A stretch of 64,000 nucleotides of DNA, taken from NCBI GenBank assembly GCA_964619725.1, contig CAZUFC010000007.1:64664-128663 (forward strand). The letters run 5' to 3'. The DNA comes from an uncultured bacterium (GTDB lineage: Bacteria > CSSED10-310 > CAZUFC01). Below are positions 1 to 10,301 of this stretch, piece by piece. The notes beneath the pieces are model-generated. The model was not told the origin of the DNA and did no database searches. It was given only the letters and a program-made list of their open reading frames with translations. Numbering within the stretch: position 1 is the stretch's first letter; each line of letters begins with the position of its first letter. The position numbers and the translations under genes are program-made.

Positions 1-855
1 ATCCACAATTCCAGCAACCGGCGCCGTAAAAAAATGATTTGCATCAACTGCGCAGCCATCCCGAAAGACCTGCTTGAAGATGAACTTTTCGGCCATGAGA
101 AGGGCGCTTTCACCAATGCAGTCAACAGAAAACCCGGAAAATTCGAATTGGCTGACGAAGGCACCCTGCTGCTCGATGAAATCGGCGATATGCCCATGGA
201 CCTGCAGGTCAAACTCTTAAGGATTCTTCAGGATCAGGAAATTTTCAGAATAGGCGGAACCACGCCCAGGAAAGTTGACGTCAGAGTAATAGCAGCTACG
301 AACTCCAACCTAGAAAAACTCGTTGCCGAAAATAAATTCAGAAGAGACCTCTACTACCGATTGAACGTCATTACCGTCAGAGTTCCGGCGCTTCGCGAAA
401 GAAAAGAGGACATACCGGTTCTGAGCCGTTTTTTCCTGGAAAAGATATGCAGGCAAAACGATATCATGAACAAAACCTTATCCGATGACTTCCTCAGGGA
501 AGCCCTGAATTACGACTGGCCCGGCAACGTCAGAGAACTGGAGAACGCGGTAGAACGCGCCGCTGTTCTGTCCGGATGTAAGGAAGACCTCACATCCGCT
601 TACCTTACTTCTGGAGAGGACAAAAATAATTCCGACCTCTGGAATACCAGTCATCCCCTGTCAGCCATCCCCGGAAGCGGCATTTGCCTGAAGTCCCTCG
701 TAACCGAATATGAAAAAAAACTCATTGTTCAAGCGCTGAAAAAAAGCCGGGGTAAAAAGAACAGGGCCGCACGGTTGCTTAACGTTAAACGCACCACACT
801 GGTGGAAAAAATAAAACGTCTTAATCTCAATCCCGAAATCAGCGTCAACGTTTGA
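1..855 (+). CDS. Sigma54-dependent enhancer-binding protein, FleQ/FlrA-like (5' truncated by window edge)
   Basis: Frame is open from base 1. It has [19 protein letters not shown] (GAFTGA loop variant), Walker [18 protein letters not shown] and [10 protein letters not shown]. The C-terminal [19 protein letters not shown] resembles the FleQ/FlrA HTH. Confidence 0.93.
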   Translation: MHNSSNRRRKKMICINCAAIPKDLLEDELFGHEKGAFTNAVNRKPGKFELADEGTLLLDEIGDMPMDLQVKLLRILQDQEIFRIGGTTPRKVDVRVIAATNSNLEKLVAENKFRRDLYYRLNVITVRVPALRERKEDIPVLSRFFLEKICRQNDIMNKTLSDDFLREALNYDWPGNVRELENAVERAAVLSGCKEDLTSAYLTSGEDKNNSDLWNTSHPLSAIPGSGICLKSLVTEYEKKLIVQALKKSRGKKNRAARLLNVKRTTLVEKIKRLNLNPEISVNV

Positions 856-955
856 ATTCTGGTTCGACTCTGTTAGTTTTTTAATGTCCCGTATAGATTT
901 CAGTCAGCGCTAATTGTAACCTCAAAACATTATCTTTCAATCATTGTCATAATCA

Positions 956-2161
956 TTATCCCCGGGAACCCAGATTCATTTCCGCTGCTGCAGGACATAA
1001 CTGACGTAAAACCCTTTTCCTTCTTCTGAAATCTATGCTTTCTCTTCCTGCAGGCAAATCGCATTTCGAAAGCGCTTTTCTCTCCGCTGTTTTAAAAATC
1101 TCCGTCCATAAATGAAAATATCGGTCCTCCCAAAAACTGATACGGATCGCTTTATATGGTATAGGAACCGTCAAGTCCGATTGAAGAACTTCAAAAAGAT
1201 TTTCCTGCAGGTTTCTCCAAATTCCGCTCAGCTTGCTTAATTCCCTGCTCAGAGATGCAAAATTGATCTTCATGGATGGACCCATATTCTCTCTGCTCAT
1301 TCGCTCTTCCGTCTCTGAAAATCTCTTTATCACTTCTTCCGCTTCTCCCTTTTCGGATCGATTCAGATGATATTCGATTAACTTTGCATAGGGAACAGGG
1401 TCTTTCACTCCCTTTTCAATCAACTCTGTTAAAATGCTGACCGCTCGCGGCTCATTGCCATGGTCCCACAAAAAAAGTCCGAATCTCATCTTGCCCTCAT
1501 CATCCAAATTTCTGCTGAAAGCTTCGTCAGCAAAATGCAATGACTCGTCATAATTTCCCTGGCGTCCCAAAAGAAAAGATTTCTGAAGATAAAGTCTTGG
1601 AGAATGCTCATCCCGACTCAATCCTTCTTCAACGTAAAACATGGCCTCATCATATTCGCCGCTCGCCTTCAGCGTTTCGCTCAGTTCATAGAATAGGTTA
1701 CTCTGTCTGGGCCATAATTTAATGCCGTTCTTCAATTCCTTTTCGGCAGCCTCCAGTTGTCCTACATGGCGTCGCGTCAAACCGGCAAACAATGCCGGCA
1801 CAGAGGGAAAATGGCGGAAATAATACCAGACCGTATGCAGCCGGCGTCCCGTTTTTACTTTTTCATCGAATCTCATTAACAAGTCATCATAATCGCCGTA
1901 TTCATCCCTTAAAACATTATTTGCGGCATTCGCTCCCTTCACCGTCATACTTTCCAGACGATCTGAAAGCATCTTTTCATCCGCCTGCGCATCTCGTTTA
2001 AACCGTAAGCCCCAGTATTCCATTTCTTCACTATGAATATAACTCAAACCCGGCTTATCTTCGATATTCGCAACAGCTTTCGCATATTCAGCATGTATGC
2101 TGCGAAGGCTCTCGACACATCGCCCCGGTATCTCTTTTCTCTCCCAATCGCTTCTTCCCAT
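956..2161 (-). CDS. Tetratricopeptide-repeat protein
   Basis: 401-aa ORF with TPR-like helical repeats (LFYELSETLKASGEYDEAMFYVEEGL; LYLQKSFLLGRQGNYDESLHFADEAF). Confidence 0.7.
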   Translation of the reverse strand: MGRSDWERKEIPGRCVESLRSIHAEYAKAVANIEDKPGLSYIHSEEMEYWGLRFKRDAQADEKMLSDRLESMTVKGANAANNVLRDEYGDYDDLLMRFDEKVKTGRRLHTVWYYFRHFPSVPALFAGLTRRHVGQLEAAEKELKNGIKLWPRQSNLFYELSETLKASGEYDEAMFYVEEGLSRDEHSPRLYLQKSFLLGRQGNYDESLHFADEAFSRNLDDEGKMRFGLFLWDHGNEPRAVSILTELIEKGVKDPVPYAKLIEYHLNRSEKGEAEEVIKRFSETEERMSRENMGPSMKINFASLSRELSKLSGIWRNLQENLFEVLQSDLTVPIPYKAIRISFWEDRYFHLWTEIFKTAERKALSKCDLPAGRESIDFRRRKRVLRQLCPAAAEMNLGSRG

Positions 2162-2363
2162 CTGCCTATCCCCTCATATTTCAACTTGACCTGAAATTTA
2201 TACTGTCTATTATTCATTCTTACTATTTCTGTCAAAGTATTTTATCCGCCGGCGCTGAAAGAGCTGCTTCTATCTCAATCTCCAGCCCACCCCTGACCAA
2301 AATCGAAACTAAGTATATTCTGAATAATTATTTCGGTCAAGCGACAGATGCCGAATGAATCAT

Positions 2364-2716
2364 CCGGGACTGATCAAAGAGCAGTCACACTTCTTTCAAT
2401 ACTTTTGACGGGACTTATCAAACCGGGGTAACAATTTCTTGAAAACTTTTGACAGTTTGTTTCAGTAATCGGGGGTCGGGCTCGGTATCGCAATCGCAAT
2501 CGGAATCGAAACTAAATGGGGAAATTCGGAATAATTGATCAAAAACAGATGATTTCGGTTTACACTTACTAATGCCTGGGCATGTATCTCGAGGGCTCGC
2601 CTGTGCCCATACCCGCAAACGAACCTGAGCACGGTCGCTGGACCGGAAAGGGCCGCAGATTTTCCAATGAACGCATGAAAAATAATGTGAAAGTTACCCC
2701 ATCTGATCAGTCCCGG
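2364..2716. repeat. Composite copy of a dispersed non-coding repeat family (partial left end, full copy, inverted left end)
   Basis: CCGGGACTGATCA at 2364-2376 and its exact reverse complement at 2704-2716. A second left end starts at 2410, followed by the ATCGNN hexamer array. Similar to copies at 3769, 48375 and 55141. Confidence 0.85.
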
Positions 2717-3067
2717 TTCACTGTTGAAATATTGTTGATATTCCTGCAATAAATTGTTATTATGAAAGGTGTGGGATTGAAGGGGACCGGAAATTAACTT
2801 TCCATTTCGTTACTCTTATTTCATTATCGGATATAGAATAAAAACAAAACTGGTTGAACCGAAATGTCGAAAAGTCTTTTCAACCTTCGGCAGGAACCCG
2901 CTCTCCTCAAAGAGAATGCCATAATTGCACTTTAACTCCGTTTCCTTATCCTGAGATAATAATCAATCACATCGAATGATCTCATTAGATTCGTTTAATA
3001 ACCTGTTTCAGCGTCCGGCAAAAGGCGCCTGATCTCAAAATAATCTGAATAAGGAGGAATACGTCAA

Positions 3068-3757
3068 ATGTCGCAGCTCAGGTTACTTGATGTTAAAAGC
3101 GTAAAAAAAGAATATGAAGATTTCGAGGGTCCTTATCAAATCCCGGAATCTTTGCTGGGCCGCATCCTGGATGCATATGATGAAACCGAAATCACACTTT
3201 TTACTCCGGAAAATTCCAGAGCCGGTTATATGGATATCCATGAAATGAATATCCTGGTAAAGGCAACAAAATGCCTTGATCCAATCAACATTTTCGAAAT
3301 CGGTACCTTTGACGGGTTAACAGCCTTGAATCTGGCCAATAATACGACAGCCCGGGTTTTTACGCTGGACCTGCCTGCAACTGATATTTCTCAAGCCAAA
3401 TTTCTTTTAAACAAATTTAATGTATCTCTGGTTCAAAAACCGGAAATAGGCGCGTTCATAAAAGATGATCCGCGAATAGTTCAGCTTTTCGGAGATTCAG
3501 CTCAATTCGATTATTCTCCCTATATCGGAAGCATGGACATGGTTCTGGTAGACGGTTGCCATTCCTATGAATACTGCAAAAGCGATTCCTTTAAAGCTTT
3601 TCAGATGGTCCGAAAGGGGGGAATCGTATTCTGGCACGATTACAATAAGGTTCGGGACTTACCCGGCGTCACATCCTGCCTTCACGAATTCGCCCGCTCA
3701 GGGAAAAAGTTGTACTGGATAAGAGACACTTCCCTCGTTCTTTATGTAAACGTTTAA
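3068..3757 (+). CDS. Class I SAM-dependent (O-)methyltransferase, Methyltransf_24-like
   Basis: IFEIGTFDGLT motif I, DMVLVDGCHSYE and GGIVFWHDY. Strong RBS AAGGAGG. Confidence 0.85.
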   Translation: MSQLRLLDVKSVKKEYEDFEGPYQIPESLLGRILDAYDETEITLFTPENSRAGYMDIHEMNILVKATKCLDPINIFEIGTFDGLTALNLANNTTARVFTLDLPATDISQAKFLLNKFNVSLVQKPEIGAFIKDDPRIVQLFGDSAQFDYSPYIGSMDMVLVDGCHSYEYCKSDSFKAFQMVRKGGIVFWHDYNKVRDLPGVTSCLHEFARSGKKLYWIRDTSLVLYVNV

Positions 3758-3768
3758 TAAATTTATTC

Positions 3769-3958
3769 AGGACTGATCAAACCGGGGTTACACTTCTTTG
3801 AAAATTTTTGACGGTTTATTTCAGCAATCGGGGTCGGTATCGGGATCGCAATCGAAACAAAATGACTGGATATTCTGTAAAATTGTAACCTCAAAAGACG
3901 TATTTTTGATCAATGCCGAAAATTGTAATCTTGAAATGTGCCCTTCTGATCAATTCCC
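3769..3958 (+). repeat. Repeat family copy (3769-3917) plus an extra degenerate right end (3919-3958)
   Basis: GGACTGATCAAACCGGGGTTACAC ... 5 ATCGNN-type hexamers ... AACCTCAAAAGACGTATTTTTGATCAATGCC. Lies between convergent genes. Confidence 0.9.
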
Positions 3959-5158
3959 ACAATTCTTGTCACTTTTTTCAGAAACCCTGGATTCGAGTAT
4001 CATTCTCGTAAATAATTTTGTGTATTTCTCAAGTGTAACTTCCCACAGAAACTTTTCTCTAACCGTGTTTAATCCCTGTCGAGCGATAGCCGTTGTTTTT
4101 TCTTTATTACCAGTTAATTGCATAATTGCCTCGGTAATTTCATCGACACAGCTCGGTTTAAAGGTTAATGCATTTTTACCATGCACTGCGATATCGAGCG
4201 TCCCTTCAACGGCGGAACAAATCACCGGAATGCCGCAGGCCATGGCCTCCAGTATGACTATTCCCAGTCCTTCGCTGTAAGTAGGCAGGATGAAGAGGTC
4301 TGCGGCATGCAGAAAAGTTTTTGGATTCTCTGCATATCCTACGATCTCAATGTGGTTCAGCATCCCGATATTCACAATTTTTTCCTTGATTTGAGCGAGA
4401 TAGTCATCATCTTTAAACGCGCCCACAAGGTAACCTTTTAAATTTTCTCTATGAGAACGGCGTTTGAATTTTGCGAGGGCTTTAATGAAATCCAGTTGCC
4501 CTTTTCTAGGTTCGATGACGCCGAGTTCGACAGCGACGAACTGATCGCCGGCTATGCCGAGCGCATCACGCGCAATACGACGTGATTTTTTGTTAACGGG
4601 ATCGATTTCACGCCTCTTCAAGCCCGGATGAATGACCTCAATTGCTTCTTTCCTGAGTCCTTTTTTTACGAGGAAATTTCTGTAATAGTGAGAATCGCAT
4701 ACGATCCTGTCGCACCGGGAGAAGGCGTTTAAATCATCCCGGTCCATCCAGGAAGGTCTTTCCGGGTTCCAGCTATGAAAAACGGCAATCAGGGGCGCGC
4801 TGACTCCCACTGTTTCCATGGCTTTTTTAGCTATTGCTGCGGGAACGCCGGCATGCGCATTAATCAAATCGAAATCATTGCTCCTGATCAATCGAATCAT
4901 CTCTTCAGTCGCCTCTTCCATCGCTTTTTCATCCCTGTGAAAAAGATCGACCACATGGTAAGCGATACCGTCTTTCTCCAACGCTTCAACATACTGTTCC
5001 CAGTCCGGATAGGCTCCTTTCGATCCCGAAGAGACGACAGCAACCTTATGTCCTTCAGCAGAAAGACCCAACGCCAGATCGGTTATCACTCGCCCTGCGC
5101 CGGACTGCAGCATCGGCGCGGCGATAAGAAATTCATATTTTTTCTGTAATTCATCCAT
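3950..5158 (-). CDS. Glycosyltransferase family 4
   Basis: GT-B motifs RKGQLDFI and SEGLGIVILEAMACGIPVI. Confidence 0.92.
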   Translation of the reverse strand: MDELQKKYEFLIAAPMLQSGAGRVITDLALGLSAEGHKVAVVSSGSKGAYPDWEQYVEALEKDGIAYHVVDLFHRDEKAMEEATEEMIRLIRSNDFDLINAHAGVPAAIAKKAMETVGVSAPLIAVFHSWNPERPSWMDRDDLNAFSRCDRIVCDSHYYRNFLVKKGLRKEAIEVIHPGLKRREIDPVNKKSRRIARDALGIAGDQFVAVELGVIEPRKGQLDFIKALAKFKRRSHRENLKGYLVGAFKDDDYLAQIKEKIVNIGMLNHIEIVGYAENPKTFLHAADLFILPTYSEGLGIVILEAMACGIPVICSAVEGTLDIAVHGKNALTFKPSCVDEITEAIMQLTGNKEKTTAIARQGLNTVREKFLWEVTLEKYTKLFTRMILESRVSEKSDKNCGN

Positions 5159-5176
5159 TCTTTATGACTTTATCCC

Positions 5177-6292
5177 TCACTCTCCGATCATTTTCCGGTA
5201 AACATTCAAAGTTTCCCGGGCTGTTCTTGACCAGGAAAATTGCTTTGCGCGCTGTTTTGCCATGTCGGCCAGTTTGAGGCTCCGGCATCGGCAAGTAAGC
5301 GCTTCGGTCATCTTATTTTTCAACTCAGAAACATTTTTTGGATCAAAATATTCCGCGCCGTCATCCATGAGGCTTCGAAAAACCGGCCGGTTGGACACCA
5401 GCAAGGGGCAACCGCATGCAGCCGCTTCGAGCACGGGCAGCCCGAATCCCTCGTCAAAGCCGGCGAAAACGAATAACGCGGCTGCATGATACAGCGCCAG
5501 CAACTCCTGGTCTGACGGCGAATGTGCAATTACTATCTGGCCGGAAACAGGGCATTCCTCCAAAGCTTTGTGGAATTCACCCGTTTTCCATCCCCAGCGT
5601 CCTGCGATAACGAGCCTTCCCCGGTATTTTTCCTTTTCGACCATCTCGGAGAATGCCTTGATGATGAGCGAGTGATTCTTTCGCGGCTCGATCGTTCCCA
5701 CGGTCAATACGAATCCGTTCTCAAGTCCGTATTTTTTCTTGACTCTGACGACGTTGCTCTTTTCAGGCGATTGATTGAATATGGGCGCCGGCGCCAGGGG
5801 CGCCACTTCGATTTTATGATCGGGAACGCCCAGGTATTTTTTTATATCCGCGGCTGTCTGTTCGGCATCCGTGATGATTTCAGAGGCGATTCCAGCGCCG
5901 TAAACCCACTGATCCCTCATTTGCTCGACGGTTCTTTCGGGAAAAAACTGGGGATATTTCAACGGAAAAACATCGTGGATCGTCTGGACGCTTCTGCATG
6001 AAGCGTATCGAGGCGGAGCGCCGAATGGAGCGTGGAAAATATCTAGATCGAATTTCCGGCTGAAGTACGTGAAAAAGACCTGTTCATTAAATCTTCTGAA
6101 AGGAATGCCGGCCTGTACGTAAGTGACGTTGGGCAGACGAATGGGATTCCGGTCACAATTCTTATTGTGAAAAAGAATGAACTCCAGGTCAGGAGCCTGC
6201 TGCGGCATCTCCCTCATCAACTCTTTTACGTACCGGCTTATGCCGCCCCTTTTCAACGCTGCCAGTCTGTAATCGATCCCGATCCTTTTCAT
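5177..6292 (-). CDS. Glycosyltransferase family 4 (MtfB/WbpY-like)
   Basis: GGISRY, TIHDVFP, VGTIEPRKN and EGFGLPVLEAAACGCP. Confidence 0.92.
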   Translation of the reverse strand: MKRIGIDYRLAALKRGGISRYVKELMREMPQQAPDLEFILFHNKNCDRNPIRLPNVTYVQAGIPFRRFNEQVFFTYFSRKFDLDIFHAPFGAPPRYASCRSVQTIHDVFPLKYPQFFPERTVEQMRDQWVYGAGIASEIITDAEQTAADIKKYLGVPDHKIEVAPLAPAPIFNQSPEKSNVVRVKKKYGLENGFVLTVGTIEPRKNHSLIIKAFSEMVEKEKYRGRLVIAGRWGWKTGEFHKALEECPVSGQIVIAHSPSDQELLALYHAAALFVFAGFDEGFGLPVLEAAACGCPLLVSNRPVFRSLMDDGAEYFDPKNVSELKNKMTEALTCRCRSLKLADMAKQRAKQFSWSRTARETLNVYRKMIGE

Positions 6293-6337
6293 GAGATTAT
6301 CTCTTCTCTGAAAAATCCAACTGAAGGCGTCATCTTT

Positions 6338-6997
6338 TCACTTCAGCCGGTCAGACAACTTCTCCCATTCTTTTACCAGCTCATTAACCGCAATCCTGTA
6401 TAAATAGAGGGGCAGCGCCGCCGACCAGGCCTTTATTCTCGATCGAAGCGTCCTGTAAAACACATTCACGTTCAAAGGTTCAGGCTCCGAATCTTCCAAC
6501 CATCTGTATACGGAATTTTTAGGTCGCCTTAATAAAAGCAGAGTCAGCGAAACATTCAGATAACTTTCTCCCGTCCCACAGGGCACGGTAAAGCATATCT
6601 CCTGGAAGTCACGCTTCAGGCTCCACAGCAGCAGGTTGAAACTCCTCAAGGGACTGATATTGCTTTTGCCGTAACGCGGAATCATTCGGCATTCGTCTCT
6701 CCTTGATCTCTCCAGCGAATGATAGTACTCCCTCGAACAATAAAGAAACAGATTTTCGTCCTTATATCGCCCTGCGAGTCCGCTCCACATATTATTCAAT
6801 GTTCCCGCATCACAGCATGGAACGATGAGTATATCTGAACTGCTTGCTTTTAACCCCGTATTATCTTTATCGATTGTGCTCATCAGAAAAACGGCAGAAG
6901 GAAGCAGAGCGCCCAAAACAGGAAAATCAGGAAAAACAGGAAACAAGTCTTTCCATCCGGGAAACCAGTTCTCCATAGGAATTATTGTAACTTTCAA
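6338..6997 (-). CDS. Hypothetical protein resembling a single GT-B N-terminal domain; start uncertain
   Basis: Co-oriented ORF filling the gap in the cluster. Weak similarity by eye to 8042-8602. Confidence 0.5.
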   Translation of the reverse strand: MKVTIIPMENWFPGWKDLFPVFPDFPVLGALLPSAVFLMSTIDKDNTGLKASSSDILIVPCCDAGTLNNMWSGLAGRYKDENLFLYCSREYYHSLERSRRDECRMIPRYGKSNISPLRSFNLLLWSLKRDFQEICFTVPCGTGESYLNVSLTLLLLRRPKNSVYRWLEDSEPEPLNVNVFYRTLRSRIKAWSAALPLYLYRIAVNELVKEWEKLSDRLK

Positions 6998-8048
6998 CGG
7001 GAGCTAATCCGTCGGTTATTCTGAATATTCTTTCGTCGGACATTCGCCTCTGTTTCTGAATATTCTCCCGAGCCGTCAAAATGTTCTCTAAATTACCGAA
7101 AACATCATTCAGTACAGCCTGCGCTATTACATTTTTTTCCTTCAGGTTTTCCGCTCCGGAACGGGGAAACGGCGTTCCCTTTTCCAGGTTCTCCAGGATG
7201 CTTTTCACCTGCGTCCAGGCAGCGGTATCCTCCATTTTAGTTCTGTACAGAAAAGACATCAGGTTCATGAAAACGGTTTGAAGGCTTTGAGCGTTTTTAA
7301 AGAACGTATAAATTTTGTTTCTCTCGTACAGCCAGCGCCGGATGCCTTCGTGCGTCGCCTTCATGGTGGCGGAACCTTTATGCAGAACTACGGAATCGCT
7401 GATCACCTTGACCTGCATCCCGCATATCCAGGCTCGCCAGCATAAATCAACGTCTTCATAATATATGAAAAAATCGTCATCGAATCCGCCCAGTCTCATA
7501 AAATCGCTTTTTTTAACTGCCATGGCGGCTCCGCACGCGTAAAAAGTCAATTTCTCTCTCTGCTCTTCAGTCGACTCCTTGTATTTTTCGCCGAAATTCA
7601 GATGCATGGGCGACCCGTCTTTTGACAGAGAACCTCCGTTATAATCTATTTCCGTGCCGTCGCGGTTCAGTATCCTGCAGGCAGCGATGTAATCTCCTCC
7701 ACCCTTTTTAAAAGTCCTCAGAAGATTGTCAAGCCACCCCTCCGTTACGCATACATCATTGTTCAGGAAAACAAGATATCGTCCCCTGGCGTAAGCAGCG
7801 CCTTTATTATTCCCGGACGCAAAACCTATGTTTTTCGAATTAAGAACGAGATTCACTCCTGGAAACAACCTCCGACATTCAGAAACGGAATTATCCGTGG
7901 ATGCATTATCCACCGTTATGACCTCGAAACTTGCCCCTTCGCCGCCTGTTCGACTGTAAACGCTCTCCAGACAGGAAAGCAAAAAATCCCGGCCGTTTCT
8001 ATTCAATACGATAATTGAAACCAGGGGATTTACGGCCGAATTCACCAT
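6927..8048 (-). CDS. Glycosyltransferase family 2
   Basis: VSIIVLN, VDNASTD, GFASGNN, FLNND, GAAM and YYEDVDLCWR. Confidence 0.93.
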   Translation of the reverse strand: MVNSAVNPLVSIIVLNRNGRDFLLSCLESVYSRTGGEGASFEVITVDNASTDNSVSECRRLFPGVNLVLNSKNIGFASGNNKGAAYARGRYLVFLNNDVCVTEGWLDNLLRTFKKGGGDYIAACRILNRDGTEIDYNGGSLSKDGSPMHLNFGEKYKESTEEQREKLTFYACGAAMAVKKSDFMRLGGFDDDFFIYYEDVDLCWRAWICGMQVKVISDSVVLHKGSATMKATHEGIRRWLYERNKIYTFFKNAQSLQTVFMNLMSFLYRTKMEDTAAWTQVKSILENLEKGTPFPRSGAENLKEKNVIAQAVLNDVFGNLENILTARENIQKQRRMSDERIFRITDGLAPVESYNNSYGELVSRMERLVSCFS

Positions 8049-8602
8049 TTCTTTACCGTTTCCTTTTCAAACAATCCCAGGATTACAAACGGCACAAACA
8101 CAGCCGTAAGCAACACAGCCAATGCCGCTCCTCTTATCATTCGGGGGATCGTCCAACATAAAAAATCCAGCATATCGTTGATGAATGAAACCACAGCCTC
8201 TGCGGAAAATTCTCTTTTTTTGTCGTAGGTAATCAACTCCCCGCTTACACGATGAACAAGTATATTCTTCGTGCCCGCCAGCTTCGCCGCCATGTTAAGA
8301 TGATGCGTGCCTTTTCCCTCCGGATTATTCCACGGCACGATCACACAATCGTACTTGTTCCTCCGCCAGCTCTTCCACCAGGCAAATGGTATCCGGAAAA
8401 TATTAAAAAAACCTCTATCGTAATTGAACGTTTTCTGAATACGCGCATCAGTCTCCAGGGCATCCATTATTGCAGGCTGCCCCACTACATGTATTTCTGC
8501 ACCCGGATAACCCGCCTGAACCTTCTGCAGAAGCATCTCAAACTGAGTCATCGTACAAGACCTGAAAATCAATATTTTCATGTTCGCAACCCTTTCAATC
8601 AT
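8042..8602 (-). CDS. Hypothetical membrane-anchored protein with GT9-like N-terminal domain
   Basis: KILIFRS...YPGAEIHVV...KYDCVIVPW resembles the GT9 N-domain. Hydrophobic C-terminal segment. Confidence 0.6.
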   Translation of the reverse strand: MIERVANMKILIFRSCTMTQFEMLLQKVQAGYPGAEIHVVGQPAIMDALETDARIQKTFNYDRGFFNIFRIPFAWWKSWRRNKYDCVIVPWNNPEGKGTHHLNMAAKLAGTKNILVHRVSGELITYDKKREFSAEAVVSFINDMLDFLCWTIPRMIRGAALAVLLTAVFVPFVILGLFEKETVKKW

Positions 8603-8675
8603 TAATTCAACGCAGCCTTATAAAATCCACAAATCATAACCCATTCCCTCTTCCATCCTTCCACTCTTCCCCGCT

Positions 8676-10301
8676 TCAAGCAACTTTTCGAAAACCGCTC
8701 ACCGCCGGGATCATCCTGACTTCTCGGAAACATACTCTTCCGCAATTCTCTAAATCTTCGGCATTCGCAACAGCAACAGTCCTCAGTTTCAATTCGGCTG
8801 AATCATAGCCGTTAACCGTCCACGGCAATCTGTAGCGGCCCCAGTTCGATTTGAGGTTAATTTTTCCCAGGATTTTATCTTCAGAGGAAACGATAAGTTG
8901 CTGTTTGCCTTCCCTTTCAGGATTGTAAACGATGAATTCTATATATCCCTGACCACCCATAGATTCATGAACAGCCAGCCTGACAGCGGACTCGCCTTCC
9001 GCCCACCTGCCCTGCATAGAACCATCGAAAGGCTCGAATCCGTAAAGCATCCCTCTTTCATCTATTCCGGCTATGATGGCTGTCGTCATGAATTCCATAT
9101 CCAGCGCTCGCTTTGACGGTACGCGCGCATAAACCTCGTTTAATATATCAGCAAATCTCTGACCGGCTCTCTCCCACGTAAATTCATTCAATACCTTTTT
9201 CCTGGCTCTCATTCCTATTTCCCGCAATTTCGCTCCATCCCTGAACATCTCTTTTATATACACGTCCAGATGTTCGATATCCTCCAGAGGAAAAATCTCT
9301 ATCTCTTCCCCTTTTTGAAAATGCTCGCCCAACAGCGTCTTGTCTGATATCAGCGCCGGGGCTCCTGTCGCCATAGCTTCCAGAGGAGCCAAACCGAAAG
9401 ATTCCCAGGCGGACGGAAGAACGTAAAGGTCAGCTCGATACATCTGATTTTTTAATTCTTCTTCTGAAACGTACCCAAGAAACTTGATTCTGTCGTTTAA
9501 ACCTTTTTCTTCGATCTTCTCCCGGCACCTGTCATAATACCATTGATCGGCAATACCTCCTATTATTTTCAAGCTGTATTCCTCAGGCAATTTCGAAACA
9601 GCATCGATCAAACCGAAATAATTTTTCCTCGGACAGAAATTTCCAACGCTGATCAGACTCTTGCCTTCTGATTCTCTTTTATCCTCGTTCAACGAATTCC
9701 TCTTGTCATCCGCAAACATCTCTTTTCTGATGCCGCCCCAGACAACATGCAATGATCCCGAATACTTACTCATAATCTCCTTTTCTTTGTAACTCAGCGT
9801 TATAACGGCATCGCACATTTCACTCAATTCCCGCAGTTGTCTGTCATATGTTTTGGCATTCGGCGGATTCAATTCTTCAAAATTTTCCCAGTAGGGCGAA
9901 AAAACGGCTTTCTTCTTGAACTTCATAACAGTTTTCGCCAGAGGCGCGAGAAAACCGGTAGACCAGAAATTATGAAAGTAAATTATATCATTTTCTTTGA
10001 TAAGCGAGCGACATCGACCTAATTCACTCAACTTCAATACAGGCGGCATATAGTGGAATCCGTCTCTCCACCACTCCTGATCAGCCGTGTCGACCCTCTC
10101 GATTTTAATTCCGTCTTTTTCCTCGTATCTCTCAAGTCGCTTCCACTGAGTGTTCTGAGTCCTCTGCGGGGCTAAAACGGTAACGTCAAATCCTATATCG
10201 ACGAGTACTCTTGAAACTTCATGAACTAAAAACCCCTGCCCTCCGACGAAGTATTCGGAGGGATAATCGGGAGTGATGTGCAGCAGTTTTATTTTATGCA
10301 T
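8676..10301 (-). CDS. Glycosyltransferase family 4 with C-terminal accessory domain
   Basis: VGNFCPRKN and ESFGLAPLEAMATG, plus a ~130-aa extra C-terminal domain. Confidence 0.9.
   Translation of the reverse strand: MHKIKLLHITPDYPSEYFVGGQGFLVHEVSRVLVDIGFDVTVLAPQRTQNTQWKRLERYEEKDGIKIERVDTADQEWWRDGFHYMPPVLKLSELGRCRSLIKENDIIYFHNFWSTGFLAPLAKTVMKFKKKAVFSPYWENFEELNPPNAKTYDRQLRELSEMCDAVITLSYKEKEIMSKYSGSLHVVWGGIRKEMFADDKRNSLNEDKRESEGKSLISVGNFCPRKNYFGLIDAVSKLPEEYSLKIIGGIADQWYYDRCREKIEEKGLNDRIKFLGYVSEEELKNQMYRADLYVLPSAWESFGLAPLEAMATGAPALISDKTLLGEHFQKGEEIEIFPLEDIEHLDVYIKEMFRDGAKLREIGMRARKKVLNEFTWERAGQRFADILNEVYARVPSKRALDMEFMTTAIIAGIDERGMLYGFEPFDGSMQGRWAEGESAVRLAVHESMGGQGYIEFIVYNPEREGKQQLIVSSEDKILGKINLKSNWGRYRLPWTVNGYDSAELKLRTVAVANAEDLENCGRVCFREVRMIPAVSGFRKVA

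Noticed and set aside
2418-2749. Short minus-strand ORFs with DSDCDCD or IPIAIAIP runs
   Set aside because: They are translations of the hexamer array in the non-coding repeat, not credible genes.
3798-4280. 160-aa plus-strand ORF
   Set aside because: Starts inside the repeat and runs antisense to a clear GT4.
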